From Callorhinchus milii (Eukaryota): 64,000 bases of DNA. The stretch is from positions 3,596,001-3,660,000 of the forward strand of contig NW_024704768.1 of assembly GCF_018977255.1 (NCBI RefSeq), in the 5' to 3' direction. The notes beneath the pieces were generated by a model. That model ran no database searches. It was not told the DNA's origin and saw only the letters and a program-made list of their open reading frames with translations. The first letter of the stretch is position 1. The number at the start of each line of letters is the position of its first letter. A program made the position numbers and the translations under genes. Shown here one piece after another: positions 47,401 to 64,000 of this stretch.

Positions 47401-50400
47401 CAGTTATTAATAATTAATAGTAAACAATCCACATTGACAATACACTATAATTAATGTTAATAAGGATCAATATTTAAATAATAATGGGTGGTAAAATTAA
47501 TAATCACTATAATAATAATACACATTAATAATTAATGATATCAGATAATTATCCTTGCATTTGATATGGAGCCTTATCACGTCATCGAGGTGTGTGGGGT
47601 GGGGGTGGGGAGAGGAGTGTGCGGAGGGGGTGAGGGGAAGGGGTGATGGTAAGGAGTGAGGTGGGGGTGAAGGCAGGGGATGTGAGGAGAGGGGGTGAGG
47701 GGAGGGGTAGGGAGGGACGGTGTGAGAAGAGGGTGTGAGGAGAGTGTGTGTGGGTGAAGGTCAGGATGACATGTCTCCACTCTCCCCGCTGCAGTATGCT
47801 CATCACCTATGATGATCTGGTGAAAATCTCTGACTTCGGGACGTCCAAGGAACTGAACGACAAAAGCACCAAAATGTCCTTTGCCGGCACCGTGGCCTGG
47901 ATGGCCCCTGAGGTCATTCGCAATGAGCCTGTGTCTGAGAAAGTGGATATATGGTGAGGGGCCAATAAACAGGCACATAGCCAGCGTGTGTGTGTGTGTG
48001 TTATCTCACTCTCTGTCCCTGTGTGTGTGTCTGTCTCTTTCTCTCTGTCCCTGTGTGTCTTTGTGTATATGTCTCTCTCTCTGTCCCAGTGTGTGTGTGT
48101 GTGTGTGTCTTTCCGCCTATCATTGTGGTTTGTGTGTGCCTTTCTGTCTGTCTCTGTGTGTACATATGTGTGTCTTTCCATCTGTGTGTACGTGTGTGGG
48201 CGGGTTATCTCTCTCACCCTCCCTCTGCGTCTCTATGTCTTTCATTGCCTCTGACTCTTTCTGTGACCCTCTCTCCCTCTCCCTCCCTCCCTCTCTCGTT
48301 CTGCGTCTGCCGTTCTCACTGAGCAGGAGGCTGTAGATTAGAGATTGTCACAGCAAAGAGCAGCTCTCTGTGATTAAACTAATTATTCTGGGTCTGTTCG
48401 AAAGGGTTAAACAGAAAAATGGTGATTAGTGGGAGTGGGGGGCGCAGGTGGTGGGAGGAGTCCTGTGTTTGGTCACACAATCTGTTCAGAGAGATTTAAA
48501 CCACCTCCCGCAGAGCGAGGGCTTTAATCTGCTTCTCTCGCCTGTGCAGCAACGCCCTCCCTGGCAGCCCCCTCCCCGGCAGATCCTCTCCCCCTCCTTG
48601 GGGGCACCAACGCTGTCACCCCCCACCCCTCCCTGTCCCCTGTGCCCCAAGAGGGAGGATCGCCTGTTTCAGGGACCGTTCCAACAATCACCTCACAGAA
48701 CAGTGACATATCACCGTCAACCAGGCTCCAGTTCACACCCAACACTCAGTGTGTGTGTGTGTGTGTGTGTGGGGGGGGGGTGTCTGTGCATGTGGGCTTC
48801 TCTCTAGGTGTGCATTTGTTTGTCTCTATAAATGTGTGTATGTGTGTTTGTCTCTGTGTATGTGTCTCTCTGTTTTTGTGGGTTTCTCTATCTCCCTTTG
48901 TGTGTGTGTGTGTGTATTTGTATGCGTGTCTCTCTCTTTCGGTGTGTGTTTATCTCTCTCACTGTGTTTCTCTCTCGCTCTTTCTGTGTGTATTTTCTCT
49001 CTCTCTTTCAGTGTGTGTGTGTCTCTCTCTCTCTGTACATGTAGGTATCTGTGTGTGCGTGTGTGTGTGAGACTCTCTTTCCTCTGCAATTTTATACGTC
49101 CAATGAAATGAAATGCAGAGTCGCTCCCATCTACTGCCACCCAGAGGAGACATTGTCCCACGCACACAAAAGCCCTGAAAATCAGTCACTTACACTTGAC
49201 AATAACAATAATAAACCTTGTATTTGATATAGCGCCTTATCACGTCTTCGAGACGTCTCAAAGCGCTTCACAAGATATACTGTAATATACTGATTTTCTC
49301 TCTCCTCTCTCTCTCAGGTCCTTTGGTGTGGTGCTGTGGGAGCTGTTGACGGGAGAAATTCCCTACAAGGACGTTGACTCGTCAGCCATTATCTGGGGCG
49401 TCGGGAGCAACAGCCTCCACCTCCCTGTGCCCTCCGGTTGTCCGGACGGATTCAAGCTCCTTCTCAAGCAGTGCTGGTGGGCTTTTGTTCCCTCCCCACT
49501 TTGACGTGATGTGTGTGTGTGTGTGTGTGTGTGTGTCGGCTCCACTGACTCCCCATTCCCCCAGAGGATCGAGTTCAGAATCCTTGTCCTCGCTTTCAAA
49601 GCCCTCCACGGCCTTCCTGCCTCTGTGACCTGCTAACCTGATACCAACTTTTCCGTTCCTTCCGCTCAGTCAGCTCCGGCCTCCTGCACGTGTCCCTTGG
49701 CACCTCCGCTCCACCATCGGCAGCCGTGCTTTCAGCCACTACACCACCGAGACTGTCCCTCCCTGCCTCTACCCCTCCACCTGCCCCTCCTCTCGTTGCC
49801 TGGCTTCAGATCGAACCAGGAGACTTTTCTCTTCGCCCTCTCCTATGGTCACCTCCCATCTCCTGCTCCGCCACTGATAAGCAGTCTGAGACACTACCCC
49901 ATGTGAAGAGCGTTGTGTATTGCAAAGGCTGTGGGGAGGGAGAGTGTCATCGGGGAATTGCAGGCAACAGCCTAGAGGTAAAGTTTCCTTATTATTTATC
50001 AGGAACGGGAAACCCAGGAACCGTCCATCTTTCCGGCAGATCCTCCTCCACCTGGACATCGCGGCGGCTGACGTGCTGGGCACTCCCCAGGAGACTTACT
50101 TCCAGTCTCAGGTAACTGAGGGGCGGTGGAGGGGGGGTAATAATCCCTCCCCCCAAATAAATAAATAAATAAAATAATCATAATTTAGTCACTCAACCCA
50201 TGGCTGTTTGTGGGGACGATGCTGTGTGCAATCGGCTGCCGCGTTTCGCCCACGAAACGTACAGTGAATTCACTTTGCAGTGTATCCCGCGAAGCGCAGT
50301 GAGACGTCTCGAAGACGCGATGAGGCGCTGTGTCAAACGCGAAGTTAATTATTATTATTACTAAACCCCTCTCATCTGGGTGAGCAGGTGGAGTGGCGGG

Positions 50401-53400
50401 AGGAGGTGAAGCAACATTTCGAGAAGATTAAGAGTGAGGGGACCTGCATTCACCGCCTGGACGAGGAACTGGTCAGACGACGGCGAGAGGAACTCAGGTG
50501 AGAACCTGCCGGGTGGGGGAGCGTATCTGGGGGATGAATGGACGGGGAGGGGGGAAATCTCCGGCCAGTATTCACCTCTCTCTCTCTTTCTCACTGGCTC
50601 GGGCACACAGGCACGCGCTGGATATCAGGGAACATTACGAGCGGAAACTGGAGCGAGCCAATAACCTGTACATGGAACTAAACTCGGTGATGCTACAGCT
50701 GGAGCTGAAGGAGAAGGAGCTGATCAGGTGAGGCTGACTGGATTGGGAGGGGGGGACAGGCTGGAGGGCGAATACGGCAGGGGAGAAGGGTCGAAAGGAT
50801 TATTATTATTATTATAACTGCATCCCGCATTCCCTTCACCTCGCTCCCTCCCTTGGTCCTTCAAGGCACGAATCAAGACCCTTCTCTTCTACCGTGCCTT
50901 TGGCCATTCTCCTATCTCCAACCCCTACCGCCCTCCATCTCTCCTGATCTGAACCTCCCCTCCCCGACCCCCAGCTCAGGTCCAAACCCCTGATTGTCTA
51001 GCGCCTTGGGACGTCCTCCCGGCGTGAAAGGCGCTGTTAAATGTAACTGTAAACGCCGGCTGACCAGAATAAACAAGATGCTGACTGTGCTCCGACAGGC
51101 GGGAGCAAGCCCTGGACACCAGCTATCCTGGAATCTTCCGGCTACACCCGGTGCGGCCCCTGGTACACGCCAACTCCGTGGAGAAGCTGCTGAAGAAAAG
51201 GAACACGTCACACAAACCGCCCGCTCACAGCAAGAGGTCAGCAATAGATAGATAAGGCTTTGTATCGAACGCGAGGATTGATATTCTTAATGTTAGGATC
51301 ACGGTCCCCTTGATTGTCCCGATAACCTGCCCGGAAATCCTCCAGATAAATTCAGACTTGGAGTCCTGTAGCGTATCGGTTAGCCTTGTAAGCGGGAGAA
51401 TCCGGGTTCCCGGACAGGGCGAAACCTTAGGGGAGATACCTTACTCCACACACACACACACACGCCTCTGTTTACCCAGCAGTCACTTTACAGTGAACCC
51501 TGTGAAGCGCTTTCAGACGTCCCAACGACGTGATGAGGCGCTGTGTCAAATGCAAGGTTCCCGCTGTCAGAGTAAAGCCCAGAGCTCGGTGCCTGGCACG
51601 ACGATTCCCCTTTGTTACTTTAATCTAATCGCTCACAATCCTTCTCCCTTATCCCTGCCCGTCTCTCCAGGCCTGACCTGCTGAGGTCCGAGGTCATCCT
51701 GCCGAAGCTAGACTCCGCCGTCACCCAGGTGACGATCCCGACCTGTCAAAAATCCTCGGCTTCTCCCGGCAAATCCCGGCACCGGGCGAAATCCCGGTAC
51801 AGGAAGGTGACCAACAAGGGGAGCCACGGTGACCTGATGGGAGTGCCGAAGGTGGTGGTGGGGGCTGGCATGGTGGGTGCGGTCAGGGACTCTCTCTCCC
51901 CGCCGCTGCACAGCCCGGCCTGTAAAGACCTGGCCACTCCTTGCTCCCAGAACCTCCGCTACTTCGGGCCCACGGCAGCCCTCCGCAGCCTCCCCCACGA
52001 CCTGCTCCAGAAAAAGCTCTCCTCCTCCAGCCCGGACCTGATCAGCAGCACCATGGAGGCCGACAGCCGCAAGAACAACAACCGGGGAGCAGGAGGTGAC
52101 GCTAACTGTAACCAGCAACCGCCTGGCCCGACTAGCCAGGACCCGCCCTGCATCGCGCCAGGCTCCCCTCACCTCTCCAGCAGCCCCGACTCGCCCGTGG
52201 ACAGGGGCAGGCTGCTGGGACGCTCGCACGGCTCACTGGCCCCGGTACAGAGACTGTACGAGGCCGGACAGGCTGAGCACGCGGCCGGGCAGAGCCATGG
52301 GGGGCAGGGGGCTGAGCGCAAGGCCTTGGACTGTGCCTCACAGGCCTGCACCGCGCCAGGCCTGCCTGGCCAACCGGCAACACTGGGCAAACAGGTAAAT
52401 AACAGCCGCGGTAGCTGTGCCGACCGCACGAAGATCACGACGACACTTACGTTTAAGTGGTGCCCTTCGAGTCCGGAGAGCATCACACAGCGCTGGGGTG
52501 GTTGGGAGTGGGGGGAGCGGAGGGGTGGATAGGTTTCTGGGATTAAGAGTGTGGGTGGGGGTGGGGTGGGGGTGTTGGAGGTGTCCAGCATTGGGGTGTC
52601 CACGGGGAAGAGGGAGGAAAGGACTCAGTTCCCCCCCCACGAAATGCACAGCCACTACTACCCTTACGGTACATTCTGCGAAGCGCTTTGAGACGTCTCG
52701 AAGACGTGATAAGGCGCTGTGTGGGGAGGGGTGAGGGTGGCGGTGGGGGAGGTGGGAGCTGGGAAGAGTCCAGGCGCATGGAGGTGTCGGGAGGTTTATG
52801 TTTTCAGTAAAAGCTGATTTCTTCTCCGCAGAAAAGGGGAATTTCGTCAGAGGAGGAAGAGGGTGAGGTGGACAGTGAGGCCGAGTTTCCACGGAGACTG
52901 AGGTGAGAGGAGCGAGCGGGAAATAAGAGCGTTTAACGGAAAAACGAGTTCCCAGCCTTTGAGGCGTGGCACACAGCAAGGGAGTTCGCCCGACCCGCGC
53001 CCCTTGTCAGACGCCCCGGCTGACCATAAAATAATCTCGTTACAGGCGGAACCTGTGCTTCAGCACGTGTCAGTCCTTCTCCACCTTCAGCTCAGAGAAT
53101 TTCTCGGTGTCGGACGGGGACGAGGGGAACACGAGCGACATGTCACACAGCTGCACCCCGGACGTGCTGAGCACCAACACCGACGAGAAGCTGGACGACC
53201 GCTCGGACGACGTGCTGTCGCAGAGCTCGGAGATCCCGGTCGACCTGCTCCTGCAGTCGGATGGGCTGTCGGAGAAGGAGGCAGCTCTGCAGCAGGTGAA
53301 GAACCAGGTGTCCTCGGGCAGGCTGGGCTCTCAGTATCCAGGCTGCGAGGTGGGTACAGACACCGGGCAAAGCTCCCGCAGGCGATTCCATATCCCCCAC

Positions 53401-53895
53401 ACCCCCACCCCGCGCTTTATACAGAGAGAGACCACCTTTATAACCTCCCCGTTTAATAACACGGTCACTGCACCTTACAATATATTCTGGGGCTGTTCGC
53501 GGGATGTCACCGTGTGCGATTCGGCTGATCTGTGCGCGCGTGTGCATGTTATAACATATAAATATTGCGGTCACTCACTCCACGACTGCTTGTGGGGATC
53601 CTGCTGTGCGGGCGCGCGTGCAATTGGCTGTAAAACGCTTTTGAGACGTCTCGATGACACGAGGTGCGCTATTAAATGCAAGGGTTATCAGGATTAATAT
53701 CTCGGTTTGTTTGAAGATTCGAGACCCCCCCCCACCACCGGCAATTGTCTTCCTGCATGTAAACCGCCTGATCCTTCCTTTCTCCCCCCGCAGAGCTTAT
53801 CGCACTGTGAAGACTCTGACTGCGACATCCCAGAGATGGAACGCTCCAGTACTCCCAACACAAGTCACAAGCCTCGGAGTTCATGCTCCTGGTAA
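44443..53895 (+). CDS. MAP3K12: Dual leucine zipper kinase DLK, 13 coding exons, ~950 aa
   Basis: Exons 44443-44926, 45820-46003, 47031-47222, 47795-47953, 49318-49476, 50003-50111, 50388-50497, 50611-50727, 51099-51236, 51671-52394, 52832-52902, 53046-53349, 53794-53895 in frame (2853 nt). DLK-type MAC... N-terminus, [39 protein letters not shown], leucine zippers, [12 protein letters not shown]; tail-to-tail with PCBP2 as in human. Confidence 0.95.
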
Positions 53896-55323
53896 CTGTG
53901 ACTCCTGGAGCCGGGCACCAGGCTGGACACACAGATGTACAATTCCTGTAAATACATGATTTGAAACTCTCCTCTCGCCCCCCCACTCCCCACCCACCAC
54001 CCCCTTTGTGATACTGAGTGCAATAAAACAACCCTCACATGCTTCCAGTTCACCAACAACTGAACCCGAACCAAGGACACAACCTCCTTTGCCATGAAAT
54101 TGCCTCAGTCTTGACTCTGAACTATTAACTACCCGCGTAAGACCGTGGAGAGCCCGGGCACACCCGAGGGCGAAGAGGATTCCACTTAACCCCATGTGGG
54201 GCCTGACCGTGACACGGGCTGGTTTTACAGACAACATACGCTGGGTTAAGCGGCGTGTGCACACGCGTGTGTTAAGAGTGCGAGCGAACGAACAAACGCC
54301 TGTGATCAAACATGGAACTGACAGTAGTCGGTGACAGGACTCCTGCTCTCACACCACAGTGAGACACAGCTGCTCTACATTAAACATTATTATTTCAGAC
54401 AAACCGACTGGGATCGTGTGGCTTTCTAACCAGCGGAACCTGTGAACTGCCTGTCCCCCCCCCACCACCCCCCCGAGCAGAGGTTGCTACAGCATAGCAC
54501 CCAGGAATATACAGAGAGGAGGGGAGCGAGGCGAACAGGGTACAAAGTGAGCAGTGAAGGTTAGTGCAGCCAGGGTTAGGAAACCGATCGGTGGAAACTT
54601 ATCCAAGTGTTGCTCTCCCTGCAACTTGCCTGAGGAAGAGGAGTACAACTTCCACTTGAATAGCACCCTCCGTCCAGGGTCGCGTCTCGAGCGCTCGACA
54701 CTAAAGTAGTAAAAGTAGTAACCTTTAGTAAAGCTTGGACTCTGCCACTCTCCTCACTGCCACCAACCACAAGCTCAAAGTGCAGTGCACAGGCAAGGGA
54801 GGAGTACAAAACCGCACCGTCCTCCCACACAAGAAGAAGATACCATTTATAGAGCGCCTTTCACGTCAGGAGGACGTCCCAAGGCGCTGTAACCGACCAA
54901 GGCTCCAGGTTCACCAAAGAACCCACTTCCTTCATCCTGGTCTTCATAATCTCCCCGCGCCCCCCACCTCCCATTTCTTCACCCATTCCCCTACTTCTAC
55001 CCTCCAATCCTTTTAACTCCAGTTCACCACTCATTATCCCACCCACCAGCAATGGCCGAGTCTTCAGCCACTACATTGTGAGACCAAAAAAAAAAACCAC
55101 TTGTATGGGTGAACAGCTTCAGTCCACGACCTTACTCTCTCCTCCCTTTCCTCAAACACTTCCCGAGCGTTGAGGCCTTCGGCACATTCAACAGGAGACC
55201 AGCTGTGGCGCAAGTCACTTACCTGGGCAGTTGGTGTGTGGTGGCTGCAGCCGTGGAGACGGCCTGGTTTGATCCTGAATGATTAATTAATAATTAAAAA
55301 AGCAGGAACACAAAAGAGGCAAA

Positions 55324-55373
55324 AATAAAGACTCCGGTGGCGAAAACTCCAGTTCTGATGTTTTGTTTTTATT
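55324..55373. terminator. Convergent poly(A) signals: MAP3K12 distal (+) and PCBP2 distal (-)
   Basis: AATAAA (+) 55324-55329; AATAAA (-) 55373-55368. A proximal MAP3K12 AATAAA lies at 54022-54027. Confidence 0.55.
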
Positions 55374-56736
55374 AGAAAAAAAATTGACATTACAGAGTTT
55401 GTCATCACTGCTGTATCTCTGTGCCACACTCAGCTTACATGTTTCTCTATTTTTTTTTAAACACTGGATGCAAATCAGAACAGAAAAAAAAGCCCAAAAA
55501 AGTTGTACAATAAAATAGAGAGAGAAAGAGATAAGATAGATATAGGGCGTAGGGGAGAGAGGGGGAGGGGAAGAGAGCGAGAGAGGTGGGGAATGGATTT
55601 GGATGGGGCAGAGACGGGGGGGGGAAGGATGGGACGGTGGGGTTGTGGGGAAGGGGGGACAGGGAGGAACTGGGTGTTTAAAAGAAAAAAAAATACAAAT
55701 TTAGGTGGGCGATACAAAGGAATACGAGACGTAATCAATCAAACATCCAGAATAAAATAATTTGCTTTTTTTTTTAAACTTTACTGGGGTGGGGGGTGGT
55801 GGGGAGGGTGGGGGGGGGGGAAGAGGCGGCGACGGAGGATAGAAAAAATGTACAAACTGGAACAGTTGTGTGAAGTGCTCATGAAATACACAGTAGAATC
55901 ATGGGGAAAGAGCTGGTGGGGGTGATGGGTACATTTTATTGGTTCCCCATTCCAGAGGCTTCAGAGGATAACCTAGAATACAGAGAATCGAGGAAAAGAG
56001 CAGTGTCTTAACACGTTCTGTAATACAGCAAAGCAGCCATGCTAAACGTGCGCTCCACTAAACACAGTCAATACACTGTTAGGCACAGGCTACAGACACG
56101 ATCCACAGGCTGAACGGCAGAGAGGGGGCGTTATCAGACGGAGCTGAGCGCGCTCCGCAGGGTTTGGCGGCACTGGTGGACGGACTCGGGTGAGGGTGTG
56201 CGGGGCCCTGACCTCCTCTACCGCGCTCCCGAGCCTGGCTGAACAGGCTCGAGGGGCTGAATGGCCTCCTGTTCCTATCTCCCCCCCCCCCTCCCCCCCC
56301 ACCTGCAGTGTTACCGGCTGAGTGCAGAGGATGCCCTGTGCTGGGTGTATAGACTGGCTCAGTGTGGGGAGAGCTTTGGAGCCGGGTGTAGAATAATCCT
56401 TGCATTTGATATAGCGCCTTATCATGCCTTCCGGCTGCCTCAACACAAGGACAGCCCTACCCTGGGTGTATAAACTGGCTCAGTGGTGGGAGAGCAGCCC
56501 TGACTGTGTATAGACTGTATGTACTCTGTATACACTCTGGATGTATAGCACATGCAGGGCCCTGCCTGGGTATAGAGACCGGTTCAGTGTGGTGGATGTC
56601 GTATGGTGTATGCACTACAGCTGAAGGGGAAACAGCACCGTCCACACAGAAAGCCGACCTAACGAGCACGAGTGCAGCCGAAGCCCCTTCAGATAAACCT
56701 CCTCTACTGTCGTTCACAGCAAGAAATCTCCAGCTC

Positions 56737-56761
56737 CTACACACTGTACAAGCTGCTCAGC
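56737..56761 (-). CDS. PCBP2: PCBP2 short distal terminal exon (…INAR-LSSLYSV*)
   Basis: Acceptor ccccccttccctctgatcag|g ctg agc agc ttg tac agt gtg tag; phase fits the 59387 donor; resembles the PCBP2 RLSSE... ending. Confidence 0.6.
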
Positions 56762-57152
56762 CTGATCAGAGGGAAGGGGGGGGGCACGAAAGCACAACTC
56801 CCCCTCACTAAACAGAGGCCTGCCCCCACTTCCCAACAACCCAGGTAGGCTGCAAGGTCTCTTGTTTAGCGGGCGAGAGAGGTTGGGGGAAGGAAGGGGC
56901 GAGGAGACCATTCGAGGTTTTACACTCAATTTGGGATCAGTTTCCGGTTTGAAACAGAACCAGATCAACTCCCAGAAATTCCCAGGCTTCGAGGCGTCAC
57001 GTCCGACCGCATTAACAGTGGCGAGGGGTTTAATACAATAACGGACGCTTACACCCGGCCTGCAGCGTGGGGTTACCTTGGGAAAGTACTGAACGAGCTT
57101 TTAAAATTCGGCAGCTGAAATTGGCCTGGGGGGGTGGGGGGGTTGGGGGGCA

Positions 57153-57196
57153 GGGGGCCGGATGTGGCCCGCGGGCCGCCATTTGGACCACCCCGG
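57153..57196 (+). mobile_element. hAT-type DNA transposon terminal fragment
   Basis: gggccggatgtggcccgcgggccgccatttggaccacccc resembles hAT subterminal/terminal sequence. Confidence 0.45.
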
Positions 57197-57833
57197 CCAG
57201 GGCAACGCTAATTCATTGAATTGATTTAACAGTCGGGAATGGAGGGCTGCTGGGTCGGTCAGAAACTTTTTGCCGTTCGTTGTGGTCTTAATGTCTTCCC
57301 AAGGTATCGCCCTCACCGCCGGCCAGGATTGAAGTCCGCAAATAAAATCTCTCTTCCACCCACCCACCCACCGACCCCCCCACCCCCTCCCACAACTCTC
57401 TCCCATCCCCGATGAGGCTTGAGCACTTGTCAGCAGCTAATTAAACACATTAATGTAACATCGCTAATCCCTCTGCTAGCAGTCAACAGCCCCGACACAA
57501 AAAAAACTGCCTGTCTGTCCAAAAAATCGCTCACACAAAAAAGCATACATTTTCTTTCAAAAACAGTAAATCCTGGCTTCACATCAGATTCTAAAACGTT
57601 TAAATGCAACGTCTCCTGTAAATAGCAGAAAGCGGTTTCTCTTTTTTTTTTTCTCTTTTGTTAATGAAAAAAAATTAAATGTAATCCACATTTTTTTTTT
57701 TTCTCTCTCTCTCTCCTACGACTACTACTAATAATAATGAAAAGAAAAAGAAAAAATAATAAGCTCTACAGAAGCATCATTGGTCATTATATTTCTCAGC
57801 TGGTTTTCCTTGTGGGCAGAGCGAGAGAGAGAG

Positions 57834-57865
<32 letters not shown>

Positions 57866-57889
57866 CTCGCTGTATAAACGCAGAGCTTT

Positions 57890-63516
<5,627 letters not shown>

Positions 63517-64000
63517 TCAAACACACAGAAAACAAGGCCGTTAAGTCAACCTCCTGAATGCACGCGCGCATCACCTCCTCCCGTCGACACGCGCGCTCAC
63601 TCACTCCATCCCCGCGCACTCACTCCCCACGCACACACACCACACTCGCGCGCGCTCTCTCTCCCCACCACCACGCATACTCACTCTTACTCCAAGCGTG
63701 CGCGCACACACACTCGCTCACTTTCGCACGCACACTCGCTCACTCTCGCACGCACACTCGCTCACTCTCGCACGCACACTCGCTCACTCTCGCTCACTTT
63801 CGCACACACACGCTCGCTCACTCTCGCACACACACACAGCGCACATTCTCCCGATGTATACAGTATATGCACATAAATACTCCCAACTGCCCCCACCCCC
63901 CACATCTATGCATTGCCTCCCGCCCACACACATTCCATGTGTACATTCTGTGCAAATCTACGCAAGCTGCTTCTGAAACGAGTCCCAGTCTCGCCCCCTC

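Noticed and set aside
44443-53895. Calling the kinase MAP3K13/LZK because of its C-terminus
   Set aside because: The MAC...DLSPTQCV...VLQLHE N-terminus and tail-to-tail position with PCBP2 indicate MAP3K12.
55217-55227. ACTTACCTGG, matching the U1 snRNA 5' end
   Set aside because: The following sequence does not resemble U1. It is a chance match or an orphan minus-strand donor.

Overview
GC-rich, repeat-dense vertebrate genomic DNA, most likely from a cartilaginous fish. This is inferred from the tRNA-headed Deu-domain SINEs and L2/CR1 tails, not proven. It is syntenic with the human 12q13.13 (HOXC-linked) gene block. Exons read by hand give this order: RARG gamma-1 first coding exon (-), the last two exons of ESPL1/separase (+), PFDN5 (+, 6 exons, one U12-type intron), MYG1 (+, 7 exons), a single-exon LRRC3-family gene with no counterpart at this position in human (+), AAAS (-, 16 coding exons plus a non-coding first exon under a 7xCCAAT promoter), MAP3K12/DLK (+, 13 coding exons) and the 3' half of PCBP2 (-). 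Top leads: (1) a probable extra LRRC3 ohnologue next to RARG; (2) a DLK that keeps the LZK/worm-DLK-1-type SDGLS(D/E) regulatory hexapeptide; (3) two alternative PCBP2 terminal exons, one encoding a long PCBP4-like tail ending RFSPY; (4) an AAAS-MAP3K12 head-to-head order that differs from human; (5) an unexplained absence of MFSD5 and most of ESPL1. Most ORFs in the supplied track are microsatellite or SINE artefacts. There are three N gaps. I found no prokaryotic-type system, CRISPR array or true RNA gene.
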